A stretch of 64,000 nt of DNA from assembly GCA_009914755.4 (NCBI GenBank), contig CP086569.2, positions 20,576,001-20,640,000 of the forward strand. Reading direction: 5' to 3'. Both the position numbers and the translations under genes were made by a program. Below, one piece after another: positions 1 through 15,482 of the stretch. Positions within the stretch are counted from its first letter, which is position 1, and every line of letters starts with the position of its first letter. This stretch comes from the human T2T-CHM13v2.0 reference genome, Homo sapiens. The notes beneath the pieces are model-generated. The model ran no database searches, was not told where the DNA came from, and saw only the letters and a program-made list of their open reading frames with translations.

Positions 1-2757
1 ATGCCAATGAACCAGAAAATCTGGAAGAAATTGATACATTCCTGGACACATACACCTTCCCAAGACTGAACCAGAAAGAGGCTGAATGCATGAATAGACC
101 AACAAGAAATTCTGAAGTTGAGGCAGTAACAAATAGTCTACCAAAGAAAAAAAGTCTAGGACCAGGGGAATTTACAGATGAATTCTATAAGAGGTACAAG
201 GAGGAGCTGGTACCATTTCTTTTGAGACTATTTCAAATAATTGAAAAGGAGAGACTCCTCCCTACATCATTTTATCAGGTCGGCATCATCCGGATAACAA
301 AATGTGGCAGAGGTACAACATAAAAAGAAAACTTCATGCCAATATCCCTGATGAACATTAGTACAAAAATCCTCAATAAAATACCAGTGAACTAAATTCA
401 GCAAGGACATCAAAAAGCTTATACACCACAATCAAATTGGCTTCATCCAGTGATACAAGGCTAGCTCAACATACACAAATCAATCAATGTAATTCATCAT
501 ATAAACAGAACCAAAAACAAAAACCATGATTATCTTAATTGATGCAGAAAAAGCCTTTGATAAAATCAATGTACATTCATGTTAAAAACTCTGAATAAAC
601 TAGGTATTGAAATGTACCTGAAAATAATAAACCTCTTATGAGAAATCCACAGCCAATATCATATTGAACAGACAATAGCTAGAAGCATTCCCCTTGAAAA
701 CCAGCACAAGACAAGGATGCCCTCTCTTACCACTCTTTTTCAACATAGTACTGAAAGTGCTGGTGAGAGCAATCAGGCAAGAGAAGGACATAAACCATAT
801 TGCAATAGGAAGAGAGGAAGTCAAACTGTCTCTGTTTGCAGACGACATGATCCTTTATCTTGAAACCCCATTATCTCAGCCCAAAAGTTTCTTAAACTGA
901 TAATGAACTTTAGCAAATTCTCAGGATAGAAAATCAACGTGCAAAAATCACAAGCATTCCTATACACTAACAAAAGGCAAGCTGAAAGCCAAATCATTAA
1001 TGAACTCCCATTCACAATTGCTACAAAGAGAATAAAATACCTAGGAATATAGTTAACAAGGAAAATAAAGGACCTCTTCAAAGAGAAGTATAAACCACTG
1101 CTCAAGGAAATCAGAGGACACAAACAAATGGAAAAACATTCCAGCTCATAAATAGTATCAATATCATGAAAATTGCCATACTGCCCAAAGTAATTTACAG
1201 ATTCAATGTTATTCCCATAAAACTACTTGTGGTATTCTTCACAGAATTAAAACAAAAACTTTAAAATTCATATGGAACCAAAAAAGAGCCTTTAGAGCTA
1301 AGACAATCCTCAGCAAAAAGAACAAAGATGAAGGAATCCTGCCTTCTGCCTTCAAACAATATTACAGGATTACAGTAATGAAAACAGCATGATACTAATA
1401 CAAAAAAAAGACACATAGACTTTGGAGCAAAATAGAGATCTCAGAAATAAGACCACACATCTTTAACCATCTGATCTTCGACAACCCTGACCAAAAAACA
1501 GCAATAAGGAATGGATACTCTATTTAATAATGCCTGGAAAACTGGTTAGCCATATGCAGAAAATTGAAACTGGACTCCTTCTTTACACCTCATACAAAAA
1601 TTAACTCAAGATGCATTAAAGACTTCAATGTAAAATAAAAAATTATAAAATTCCTAGAAGAAAATCTAGGCAATACCATTCAGGACATAAGCATGGCCAA
1701 AGGTTTCATGAGGAAATCACCAAAAGCAATTGCCACAAAAGTAAAAATTGACAAATGGGATCTAATTATACTAAAGAGCTTCTGCACAGCAAAAGAAACT
1801 ATCATCAGAGTGAACAGACAAACTACAGAATGGAAGAAAATGTTTACAATCTATCCATCTGACAAAGGTCTACTAACCAGAATCTGCAAAGAACTTAAGC
1901 AAATTTACAAGAAAAAAACAACCTGGTTAAAAAGAGGGCAAAGGACATGAACATACACTTTTCAAAAGAAGACATTCATGTGGCCAATAATGAAAATAAG
2001 CTCAAAATCACTGATTACTGGAGAAATGCAAATCAAAACCACAATGAGATACCACCTCACACCAGTCAGAATTGCGATGATTAAAGTCAAGAAACAACAG
2101 ATGCCAGTGAGGCTGTGGATAAATAGGAATATATTTACACTGTTGGTGGGAATTTAAATAATTCCAACCATTGTGGAAGATAGTATAGCAATTTTAAAGA
2201 CCTAGAACCAGAAATACTATTTGACCCAGCAATCTCATTCCTGGGTATATATGCAAAGGGATATAAATCTTTCTGTTATAAAGATACATGCAACTGTATG
2301 TTCAACGCGGAACTATTCACAATAGCAAAGACATATAACCAATCCAAATGCCCATCAATGATAGACTGGATAAAGATAATGTGGTACATATACACAAAGG
2401 AATACTATGCAGTCATAAAAAGGAATGAGATCATGTCTTTGCAGTGACATAGACAGAGCTTGAAGCCATTGTCCTTAGAAGACTAACACAGGAACAGAAA
2501 TCCATTTAAATACTGCATGTTCTCATTTATAAGTGGGAGCTGAAAAATGAGATCATATGGACACAAGGAGGGGAAAAATGCACACTAGGTCCTGTCATGG
2601 ATACTGGGGAAGGGAGAGCATCAGGAAAAAGAGCTAATGCATGCAGAGCTTAATACCTAGGTGATGGGTTAATATGTGCAGGAACCCCCATGGCACTCAT
2701 TTACTTATGTAACAAACCTCCAGGTCCTGCACATGTATCCTAGAACTTAAAATTAAA
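1..2757 (+). mobile_element. L1 (LINE-1), 5' end beyond the window, degenerate with internal deletions
   Basis: Plus-strand ORF2 fragments (EN-region ORF 90..323, RT motif FADDMILY in 694..900, C-terminal 1693..1950) and an L1 3' end near 2700-2757. Confidence 0.8.
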
Positions 2758-2812
2758 TTAAACATATATATATATGTGTTTGTGTGTGTATAAATATATA
2801 TATATGTTGATT
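2758..2812. repeat. Simple repeat (TA)n(TG)n(TA)n
   Basis: atatatatatatgtgtttgtgtgtgtataaatatatatatat. Confidence 0.85.
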
Positions 2813-2857
2813 TTTAAAATTAATCTTAAATGTACACAAGAGCTCACATTTATTTGA

Positions 2858-3153
2858 GTTTTGTTTTGTTTTGTTTTGTTTGGAGATGGAGTCTCACTCT
2901 GTCGCCGAAGCTGGAGTACAGTGGTATGGTCTTGGCTCACTGCAACACCCGCCTCCCTTGTTCAAGTGATTCTCCTGCCTCAGTCTCCCAAGCATCTGGG
3001 ATTACAGGCGCATGCCACCATGCCAGACTAATTGTTTGTATTTTCAGTAGAGACAGGGTTTCACCATGTTAGTCAGGATAGTCTAAATCTCCTGACCTCG
3101 TGATCTACCCACCTTGGCCTCCCAAAGTGCTGGGATCAGAGGCATGAGCTACT
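2858..3153 (-). mobile_element. Alu (AluS-like) in reverse orientation
   Basis: ttttg-rich tail followed by gagatggagtctcactctgtcgcc...gcctcccaaagtgctgggat, the reverse complement of the Alu consensus. Confidence 0.85.
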
Positions 3154-4847
3154 ATTTTAGTTTTTAATAGCAGAAGTATTCCGCATTTTTTGTTTGAATA
3201 TTGGTGATGTTTCTGTGACTAGGACAATTCCATGGAATCCTGTCTTGTTTATATCAGTTAGGCTATGGTAAAACTGGTTAAATTATACTTCCTTTTCTTT
3301 AAAGTTACATTTTTGAAATCTATTGATAAATTAAGTGAAGACTTAGTGTATGTAAATCTTTTTAAAATATAAAGGACTGTCTTGTAAGCTTTTCAAGCAA
3401 CGAATGTTCTTCTCAAGGACCTGAGACACAGCTCTTTAAAATAACATCATCAAGGAAGACAAAACCCCTATCTTTCAACTTTGCAAAACCTTATTTCCAG
3501 TAGGTACCTCACTTTGAGAATATCTTAAAGATATATATATTTTTTTCTCTATATAAAGTCAGTAAGCAAACACAGATGGCGACCCTCATTCCAAGGAGAA
3601 TTTATAATATATTATGTGTGACAAAAGCTTCTCTCAAGTTCTTATTTAAAATCAGTAATTATCTCAAAAATCAGTATATAACAGGTTTTCTGTGACTGGT
3701 TATTTGAAAGAATGCATTTTCTTCTACCAAATCTCATAAATGGATTGCCTCTGATGTGTATCACATTAGAATTGAATGCATATTAAAATATAAAACCTTT
3801 TTCCTTCTCTACTTTCGTAAAGAGATTTCTGGGTTGGCAGGATATTTTATGTTTAATTACCTTTTACCGAAACCAACTGCTCTTCAAAAGAAGCTACTTT
3901 CTAGATGAAGAGAAGGCTTATCTGACCTGAAGTCCCCTGCAAGGGAGACATAGATCTAGCACCATCAGGTGTCAGGGAAGACAGAAACATACAACAGGCT
4001 AAACTGTGTTTCCTGCAAATCCTTATGTCAGATGCCTCACATCTAGAACCTCAAAATGTGCCTTTTTTTTTTTTGTAGACTGTGCCTTTACTCAGAGAAT
4101 TAAGGTAAAATGATGATGGCAGATGGATGTCTCCTAACCTAGTATAACTGATGTCTTTAGGAATACAGAAGAATGCGACTCTAACAACAAATAAAAAGAA
4201 GGATGTTCATATGAAGAGCCAGAAAGAAGGATGTCATCTAAAATTTGAGAAACTAAATCTGCCATCTTGTTTTTTGGGTTTCTGGCCTCCAGAACTGTAA
4301 GAGAGTATATGTTATTTAAGTCATCCCGAAGGTGATATTTTGTTATGGAAGTCTAGATAGAGTAATACAATCATATACTAGTTTTTTTTAAGAGGCTTAC
4401 TATGTTTTTATACATAGATCCCACAGGAAAGGAAGCTGAGAAAGAACTATGCTTAGTTTGACAAGTCACACCATTCCCTGATGATTTCCAAGAAACTTCT
4501 CTATACCCTCCAATCACTGACTGACCTGTAGCTCCCTGATGTTTCAGAGGCAACATAAATACATTCCAAGAAAGCAATATGGAATACTGAGTATCACTTT
4601 GTCTCTTTATTTAAAAAACAGTAGCAGAAGAGAGACACTTAAGAAAAAATTACCTCAGGATCAGAAAACTTAACTCTCTTCCAGTCTTAGCAAAATCTGT
4701 TCCTAAAGTCCTAATAAATAATCAGGTATTGCCATAGGAATTGCTGGTCATTGCTTCAAAAATGTTACAAAGCTATACTGTCTTATCAGCCACCTACTCT
4801 CCTAAACTTGGACATTTGGCTGGAGTGCCCATGAGGCATCCTAAAGC

Positions 4848-5640
4848 AGTGGTCCCCAACCAATTTTGTGGAAGACAATTTTTCCATGAACAGATGGTGC
4901 AAGGGGGTGACTGGTTTCCAGATGAAACTGTTTCACCCCCAGGCCCTGGCAACCACTATTCTACTCTTGGTTTTTATGAGTTTTGACTTTTTTAGATCTC
5001 TCATATATATGAGATCATGCAGTATTTGTCTTTTTCTGCCTGGCTTATTTCCCTTAGCATAATGTCCTCCAAGGTTCATTTATGTTGTGGCAAATGACAG
5101 AATTTCTTTCCTTTTTAAGGCTGAATAATATTTGATTGTATGTATATACTACATTTAAAAAGTCCATTCATTTGTCAGTAGACACTTGGGTTGATTCCAT
5201 ATTTTTGCTATTGCAAATAATGTTGCAATGAACATGGAGGTGCAGATATCTCTTCAAAATACTGACTTCATTTCCTTTGGTTATACAGGAAGGAGTAGGA
5301 TTGCTGGGTTATATATATAATAGTTCTATTTTAAATTTTTTGAGGAAACTCTATACTGTTTTCTATAATGGCTGCACAGTTTACATCCCTACCAACAGCG
5401 TATGAGGGTTCTCCTTTTTTTTTTTTTTTATGTGTTAGAGTCCCATAAAGGGCTTAGAATGCAGATCCCTGACATGTGCAATTAATAGGGTTTATGCTCC
5501 TTTGAGAATCAAATGCCGCTGCTGATCCCACAAAATGCAGAGCTCTGGGAGCAATGCAGGAAGGTCACTTATTTTTGTGCAGCCTGATTTCTAACAGGCC
5601 ATAAACTGGTGGTTGGGAACCCCTGTCCTAGAGGACCACA
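4848..5640. mobile_element. MER1-type (hAT-Charlie-like) non-autonomous DNA transposon, interrupted by an antisense L1 3' fragment (about 4934-5410)
   Basis: Terminal inverted repeats cagtggtccccaacc (4848) and ggttgggaacccctg (5613-5627). Internal matches include ggaagacaatttttcca and aatgccgctgctgatc. The inserted block contains ggctgaataatatt...catccctaccaacagcgtatgagggttc, which is L1 ORF2 C-terminus/3' UTR in antisense. Confidence 0.55.
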
Positions 5641-8608
5641 AGCCCTCCCAAGCCATTTGAATCACCTTTGCATCTCAATCAGTTTGTCAAGAGACTTAGA
5701 GTCACCTTATTCATAGAATCTGTAATCTGTGGCCATTACTGCCATCACTAAACATCTGGTCTTCTATGAAGCCCTAAAGACCACAATTCTAGTGTGCAAG
5801 CCACAAGTATAAAAAAAGCCAAACACCAACTCAGCACAAAAGAGGCTCCAATATCTGCTGAAGTGCATGATTATCAACCTTGATCAGGTCCTTTTCAAAG
5901 AGCAACCACAGCCCAAGAAAAACTCACAATCAATGACTGTGACTGCAGCAATGTCAGGGAAATGTCTCCAATCTCAACCAACAACACAGACTTGAACTCC
6001 AGTGTCAACTCAAGAAATAAGACCTCCCAGTCTTAACACCTGGCTAACCCTAAAAGTCAGGCTTTCTACTGTTGCATCTCAGATCGACAATACTCATCTA
6101 TAAATGTTTGAAGCCACTAGGGTAAGGCATAGAAAATCTTGAAGAAGAGTCAAACCAAAAGCAAAGCCACATTAACAGGCTTTGGTGTCAAAACTAGACA
6201 GAAAATGTCTATTTTCCAAATGACCCAGAGGAGTGTATTAAATATCTAAGTACACTGGACCAGATGGACAAAGCAGTGAAGGTACCCTCTGTGGTATGGA
6301 ACAAAGAGTTTTCAGTGCAAACTGGTCTATCTCCTCCAACAGTCACCCAACACACAGTTCTATTCAAACAGCAGACGGTCCAGAGTATGAATGACAGTCA
6401 TACTCTGCTGGAGCAGGAGCAGGAGGACATGGTCTGCAATAACAAAAATGGAAAAAAAAAACATACCTTCAGGACAAAAGGCAGAATGTCATACAAGTTA
6501 GTGATAAAAATGGGAGAGGATGAAGAAGAGAATCAGGAAGAGAATACACAACCAAAATTTCCCTTTTTTGGATGGTAGAAGCTGCCTCTGAACCACCTGC
6601 AGGTCATGGAGATATATATCAATATATAATAAACTATTATCTTGCCTTAATCAGCCTTTACCACATGAATATCTCAGGGTTCTAGAGTACACTAACTGCA
6701 GTGTTATTGCTTAGATATTCAGGAAAACCATTTTGTGTGGGAAATAACTGGTTTCCACACTCAGCACAGCTACTAGAGTGAGATACAGGATCTAAGTTAT
6801 TTCTAGGCTGTTCTAAACTTATTTTAATTATGAAATCATATAACCCTACCTCTCATAGACTATCACTTTATTCTTTGCAGACACATCTATAATTATACAA
6901 TGGGAGAACATTAGCTTGGTAGTCAGGAAATATAATTCTGACATTTTGTATTATTACTTTTTTCCTTCAACCTGCACAAATACTGCATGGAGCTGAGTGG
7001 CTTCCTCCATCTAAACAATTGTCTATTCCACAGCACTGTTTCTTCCATAGCCGGAGGGGAATGAGAAAGTACAATGTCAACAAAACACAGAAGTTTAGGG
7101 ATGATGAGATTCTAATGGAGTTGGAAAGAAGGCTTTGGAAAAGTAAAAATGGAAACTGACTTGGTATTGACCTAGCAGGGGTGGAGGAGTTCTGATGAGA
7201 GATTAGCAACCCATGGTTTTATTTTTTACAGACATAAAGTGTTGCCATTTTATTTCCCAGTTTTGAGTAAGCCTCCACTTTCCCTCATCTGGAACATACT
7301 TTCAAATAATGAGCTGGCTTGATCCTAAATCAAAACCACATTTGACCCTCTCCCACATTGTACTATAAATTTGGTTATACTTTCTTTCTCCCAGTGGCCC
7401 CTCCTTGTTATTTATCATAAAAAAACTATTTTCTGGCTCATTTTCTCTAGCACCTGTACATCATTTATAGCATAGGCTATCTACTTATCTTCCTGACATT
7501 TTTTTTTTTCCCAAATAGCCACATAGGCCTTGTCTCAGAGGAAAAATGGTTAGAACTTTCCTGACCTGTTACCAATCACACTCTAGTAAGAAACAAAGAT
7601 GCTGGAAGTATGGACAATTTTCATCAGCATTACTTGATGTCACTCAGAAAAAAAAAAAAAAAAAAAACTCTCAATCTTCCTAGGAACTACCTGGCAAGGT
7701 GCAATAACCTGGTAGGTATGGGGATTAAATGAGCTCCATGTCTGTTAGAAACTAAGATATAAACCACATATTGCTTAGGCCTACATTGAATCATCAATAT
7801 CACTATTTACACTCTCTACATCTTTTCCAGTGGAAAGGTATTCATTGCAGTAACACTCATAGAACTGTTATCACATGTAACACTGCCTCCTTCTGAAACC
7901 ACCTGGAGGACTTCTCTGAAGCTGTCTTCCAGTTTATGCTTAGCAGCACAGTGTGTTTTTACATTAATGTTATGTGAAAAATAAATTGCTACCTCACAAT
8001 AAGTATGATGTCACTAGGCAACAAAATTTTTTCAGTTCCATTATAGTCATATGAAATTACCATGGTATATGCTGTCAGCCATTGACCTATATTTAGCCAT
8101 TTGACACACGACTGTATTTCAAAGTATTAACTTCATAGGATCAGAAGGTGTTAGGCAACCACTGTGTAAGGGGTCTTGAAAAAACTTACCACTCCTGCAC
8201 CACTACCAGCCCTCTGACCCAGAAGGCTCAAAGACTTATTCAAAAGTTTCCTTGAGACCCTCGTTAGCTTCTAACAGCCCAGATGTAGCATTAGGGGAAA
8301 GCTGCAGGCAAGCCAACCAGCAATAACCTGCTAGTCACAGTGGGGCCAAAATGCTTCCACTACTCCCTCTCATGGAGAACCTGAGGTAGATATGTATTCA
8401 CACGGATCATACAACTAGCCCTCCCTACTGCTTATCAGATTCTGCAAAATTAGTGGCTTTGGCCTGAGAACCTAACACCTAAACTCAGGACCCTCACAGT
8501 CTTCTGTCATAGGTAGAGCTCAGCTCAACACTAGGCCAAACCTCCTGCCCAACCCTAACATTTCAAAATGCACTGATACTCTACACACAGGTCACTGGCC
8601 CAGCAATC

Positions 8609-9707
<1,099 letters not shown>

Positions 9708-12700
9708 TCAGAACAAAGGTCACTGGCCCAGGAACATTTTTTCAGAACCACTCCACACCATCTACCAGTATCAAAGTCTTACCTGTGAGTGCCAGTAGTT
9801 GGAAAAATAAAAGCACTCCTGATAAAAACAACTTAGTAAGAAGCATGGCTGTGCCTATACTAGGCCAGGACAAAAAGTCATTTGCCTTGGGTTGGCAGTC
9901 GCCCTCGAAACCAAAGAACAGCAGTGATGCCTCTGCATGCAGGCATTTTCTTTCCTCTTCCTTGGTGGTTCTGATAAACATGGTACAATTATTTCTTGGG
10001 ATGTAATTATTTCTTTACTTTGCTATTGCTCTTTCTACATAAAGTTCACAACTAATGAATAAGCATTATCCTTTGTTGAGAGTAGTGGCAATGATCATGC
10101 GAAATGGAACTTTGGCAGAGTTTCTGCAGTAAGCAGTGCATACTGAAGGGAACAATGGGGTGCCGGTACAAATTCCAGGGCTCTTCCCTTAGTGTAAAAA
10201 AAACTGTCATTCCTTTCTGAAAAGTAGCTGAGAACTTGTATAGAGCACTACTCTGCCTTAAGTTGGGGCAGGAAGTTCCTGTTTTTGACCTTCGTGGCTG
10301 GCTGTCAACTCCCAGTGTCCAGTATGTATGACAAAGAGACCTAAAACTAGGGAGCCCACACTTATGGAGTCTCAGTTATGCCCACCCTTGGTTGGCCCTG
10401 GGTACTGGGAAGTAGCGGTTGTGCAAGTTTGAAGGGCTCGAGTGCTGCCAACTGACTGCTACAGTGGGCTTCAGATAACCACTTGTTGGAAACCTTGGTG
10501 GGTACTAGCACAAGTCAGCAAGTATTTGGAGGCATCTCTGCTTCAGCAGATAGCTATTGTGATGCTAGCTGAAGGCAAAATATGCAGTGTTACCAGATGA
10601 TTTCCCATCTAAGTCATGGCTGGATAGATGAGACTCTGCTCTTGATTTGATTAGGTATACATGGGCAATACCTACTGAAATATTAGTTATTCTGACTGAG
10701 AGCCTCAAGACCCTGACCTGCTATGTCCCACTGCTATTGCCCCGGCAGTCCTGCAGTACAGAGCATCTCCACTAGCTGCCTATCACCTGGTACAGTCTGC
10801 CTGGCACTTCTATTAGGCCACTTCTAATGAGAGCAGTGTGCTGCCACAAGGCTGGCCACTCCATGCTTAGATAGATGCACTGTTCCTTATACCTTGCTAG
10901 TGTACACCCTGACTAAAGCAATGAAGTGGAATAGCATGAGGACTCAGTCCTAGCAGTGCCTTTCTGCCCACTCAGGGGAAACACTCCAGCATTTAGGTTA
11001 CAGCTGTCTCCCATTATAATTTTTTGAAGCCTCTGGAAGCTTGGCTTCAGTGATCCCAGATTACGTATGCAGCTCAGCGCTCCCCTGGCTGTGGCTTTAC
11101 TTTCTGCCCAGCTCCAATCTGCTGCACTCACCAGGAGACACTAGAGGGGCTAAGGAATACTGGTTCATCCTTTCACCCTTCCTCAGAAGCACCCCGAGTA
11201 CCACAAACTGAGACCAAGACCCTTCCTCGGTGCCTCTCTCTCTTTGGGAGATAGACTCTGCTGAAGAGGGCAGATCTCAAAGAAGGGTTGTCCTGCTTGG
11301 GGCTTGGCCAGCACATGAAAGTTCTGACCTGGGGCTGAAAGTAACCTGAGTGGACCTGGGGAGTGGAAACAGATTATTCAGCAAAGACCTCTGGAGGCCT
11401 TTGGACCTATTTATGTCAATAAGTATCATAAATATGAGTGTCTTCTGAGATAGTTCTTGTTTCTTTTTGTTTTCTTTTGTGTTTTCTGCCTCTGTGAGGA
11501 TACTACATACTTGCTGAAAGTGCTTTGACCTTCTCTGAGAGACCTAGAGATTAGTTTGCCACCAGGGACAGGCTCTATTTAGTGACCTGGAGTCTTGAGT
11601 GTTTACACACTTTGTAGGATTGGGTACAGAAACAAAGAGAAGATTGTTAACCAGGTGATTCCCTATGGTGGGTAGAGAATGTCATTTACTGAAAAAGCAG
11701 TCAATATCAGGTAGAAACAAAGGTCACACTGGGGGACATTGGGGCCAGCAGTGTCTCATTTGGTCCTTTAGCAAGGGTGCATATTGCCAAGATGTGGTAC
11801 GCAGGAGAGCTGCATGCGAAGAAGTTCTTATCAGCAAACAAAGGAGACCTTGTCGGCTGACTAGGATCTTCCTCCAGACAATGATGGAAAAAAGAAAAGA
11901 AAAACATGTCAGGAAGATATTTTGGAAGTGCCACATTATGCAGAGAAGGGTTCTACAGCTGGAAGCCACATGGCGAAATTCCAAACACCTAGGACGTCAA
12001 GGTGGTGGGATTCTGCTTATCTTCTGAGGCCAGAAGATACAACAGAACCAATATATTCAGGGTGTTAAGGCCATAGACATCCACAGTCCCATTCCATATG
12101 CAAGTGCCTATGATATGTGACCCTGCAATCCCCAGAACAGTGGACCTGAGCTAGGGAATTCTTATCCAGAAGACTTCACTCCAGACTGGCCTAAAAAAAC
12201 AGGTCAGAACACAGCACCAAACAGCTGGCATGTCACCTGCATGGCACTTTCACTGTGTATCCATGGAGAAGTTGGCTGGAAGGTATCCCAGACAGAGTCC
12301 TATATCTGAAACCAAAAGCATTTGACATCAGAGACTCCAGGCTGTTTCCTATACAGGCATTGATTAAATGCATTTTTGCTTGACTTCCAAAATCCCACAA
12401 TTTAAAAAATGCTCAGAGTTTGGGGCCCACGGTCCTTGAAGCTTTCTGGAACCCTGGAGAGATCCCAGGTCAGCACTTGCCCATCACTCTTCTAGGTATC
12501 ATATTGATTTTCTCGCAGCTGCCAGTGCCCTAGAGGGTCTCTATGCGGTTCTGTTGCCCTTCTTCAGAACTCCACAGAACTCCTACCTCATCAAACACTG
12601 CCCTACAGCACTTCTCATGGAAAGTTCTGATGGAAAAGAAAAACTCAACATATGGTTATGCTTGGGCTGGGCCTTGTTAAGGATGGTAATTCTGCTTCTA

Positions 12701-15125
12701 CCTGTGCTTAAGCAGGGAAGACACTGACTTCCTGGTGGGGACTGTTAAGCAAGGGAAAAGGATGGAGGGGCAGAAGCCTGAAGCAAAACATGGTTGACTG
12801 GGGTAGCTTCTTTATGGACATGGCCAAAGCACTGCTCCTTCTGACTTGATCCAAATGCTCTCCCATCACTACCCCTACCTTCTTCCTTGTTCTCCTCCCT
12901 CTTGGGCCAAGGCCAGTCCCAGAAGTGCCATGCAAATTCCAGGAATAAGACTGCTCTAGCAGACTGTGATCACTACTATGTCTAATCCAGAGACTCACTA
13001 AGTCAGCTGAGGATTGGTTTCTGAGATCCTAAGGCAGATGCCACACTCATGTATTTGTGGCAGGGGGTTCCAAACACCAGCGGCCAACACCATAGCCCAG
13101 TTAAGCTCCTGGATGTTGTTTCTCTCTGACCCCAACTTGATCCACCCACCCAGAAAGGAGAGTCCTCCTACAGTCTTTGTTCTGCTAACCCCTCCCTGTT
13201 TTTCTTGCTCAATTTTCCCAGTGATAACATCAAGGGATATGACTTTGCGGTGGGCATCCCCGGTGGAAGAAGACAGAGCTACTGAGGGAGAAACTGGTGA
13301 AGAGGGCAGCTCTCATATCACAATGGTCAGCTTTGGTCTCGTTGCTCCTTTCCTTTGTATCTTCTCTCTACCTCTTCTCTCAGAAGAGGGATCATCATCC
13401 TGAAGGGGAGGAGGGCAAGGGAACTCCCATGGAAAGGAGTATCCAAGAAGAGAATTATATCTAGGTGATGCCACTTAGCAACATATTATCAACAGCCAGC
13501 AGATGCTGGGTAAAGCTTGTGGGGTATCAAAAGCAGAAGTATAATGCTTAAGACCTGTTGTTTACACATTAAAAAAAAACGTGTAAATATCTGAATTTGG
13601 CAATGTATCTGTGACGGGTAAAAAAGAATCATTTTGGGGGATTAAGGATCTGGAAGCTGGTCAGAGAAAAAGATATTTTGGGAGGCAGTAACAGTCTCTA
13701 TTATGCAGGGTAGCATGAAAGGAGACATTCATAGTAGGAAACTGTACACAGGATTAAGGTGCAGAGATTACTATTCAGATGCGGAAAAGTAGAAGGTGAT
13801 TTCTGGGGGATAGGAGGTTCAAACAGGAAGAATGTATACATGAGTTGCTCAACAGGCCTACCAGGAATTCAGTTCCAAAAGCTCTGTGTTAAGTGCTGGT
13901 TTGGGGTCTTATAAGCAAAAGTTATATTTTATCTACAGCAGATGCTGAGCAAAGTTTTTCAGTTGCACACTAGGAAAATATAATGACTAGATTTTGTTTA
14001 TTTGTGCTATCTTAAATATATAACTTGTATTAAAATTGGACTCTTGTGCTAGTGGGGTTTGAACAACCAGCTCACAATTTGCATTAAAAAATTAATGACA
14101 ACTTAGGGCCAGTACACAAAGACTATTTTAACTCATTTACATATCAATTATTTATAAGTAAGATTTTAGCAATAACAGCAGAACCACAGGATGCTGTTCA
14201 GGACTGGGAGGAAAAAACAAAGGCAACACTAGATAGGGCTGGCACTCAGAAAAACAAAAACAAACAAACAAAAACCAAAAAAAAACAGTAGTTATGGCTT
14301 GGATGGGGATAAGATGCAATTTTACCATATGTATTTAATTCAGAGGTAGCAAAAGCATATGCTTAACAGATGTGGAAAGCTTTAGACAAGAGGTAAAATT
14401 ATTTGTGGGGGGAACCACTGAAAGGCAAGGAAAACTTGCATTTACCTTGCAGATAATTATCACCACCAAAGAAAACTGCGAGAGAAACAATGCCCACAGT
14501 TTCTAAAGGAAAAAGGAAACAAATTTCCAAATGAAATACAAACTTTGTTAGGTCTTCTTAAGAAATCTGCTGTCATGACAAAGACGGTTTGCGATATTTA
14601 GTTATATTCTTTGACTGATCTCTTAGACAAGGAGTCACAAAATGTTGGCCTGCTGCCACTTCTCCCACCAGCTATTTTTAATGCCTAAGAAATAAAGAAT
14701 ATTTTCTAGTTTAAAATGGTTGGGGGGAAAAAAAAGCAAAAAAATTCATTTCCAACACATAATCATTTATTTTCATTACATTCAAATTACATGGTCATAA
14801 ATAAAATTATATTGGAATCATATTGGATTATATATCTCCAATTATATATGGAGAGTTGAGTAGTCCCCACAGTTATAACTCAAAAGTCTTTCAAAGGTCA
14901 TATGTATTCAAAGTCCTATGTATCACATAGGGCTTCATTTAATCTCTTCCTTCTAAATACTGTACAGCAATCACACACTCACACATACACAAACACACAC
15001 ACTGGATGAAAAATGTCAAATGTGCTGCAGAGGGAGTTATTTTGTTATTAGATGGCAAATCTATATGTTTATTGTGTAATTCCATGACATAATAGTATTT
15101 ATATTATTTATATTCTTTTTTTTCT

Positions 15126-15127
<2 letters not shown>

Positions 15128-15156
<29 letters not shown>

Positions 15157-15235
15157 GACGGAGTCTCACTCTGTCATCAGTCTGAAGGGCAGCGGCAGCA
15201 ATCTGGGCTTATTGCAACTTCTGCCTCCCTTATTG
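15128..15235 (-). mobile_element. Alu piece A (minus orientation), first part of an Alu split by two L1 insertions
   Basis: T-run followed by agacggagtctcactctgtcatc...ttgcaacttctgcctccc. Confidence 0.7.
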
Positions 15236-15427
15236 GTGTATAAGAATGCTTGTGATTTTTGCACATTGATTTTGTATCCTGAGGCTTTGGAAGTTGCTTA
15301 TCAGCTTAGGGAGATTTTGGGCTGAGATGATGGGGTCTTCTAAATATACAATCATGTCATCTGCAAACAAAGACAATTTGACTTTTTTTCTATGTGAATA
15401 TGCTTTATTTCTTTGTCTTGTCGGATT
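15236..15427 (-). mobile_element. Internal L1 ORF2 fragment (about 190 bp) with no 3' end or polyA
   Basis: About 88-90% identical to 17262-17468 of the neighbouring full-length L1 (same orientation). Confidence 0.7.
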
Positions 15428-15482
15428 GCCCTGATTTCAAGCAATTCTCCTGCCTCAGCCTCCCAAGCATCTGGGATGACAA
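15428..15482 (-). mobile_element. Alu piece B
   Basis: ttcaagcaattctcctgcctcagcctcccaagcatctgggatgacaagcacccaagg, continuing the Alu consensus from piece A. Confidence 0.7.

Noticed and set aside
13014-13403. 129-aa plus-strand ORF, the longest non-repeat ORF in the window.
   Set aside because: It has no recognisable domain or family similarity and sits in repeat-like intergenic sequence; most likely spurious.
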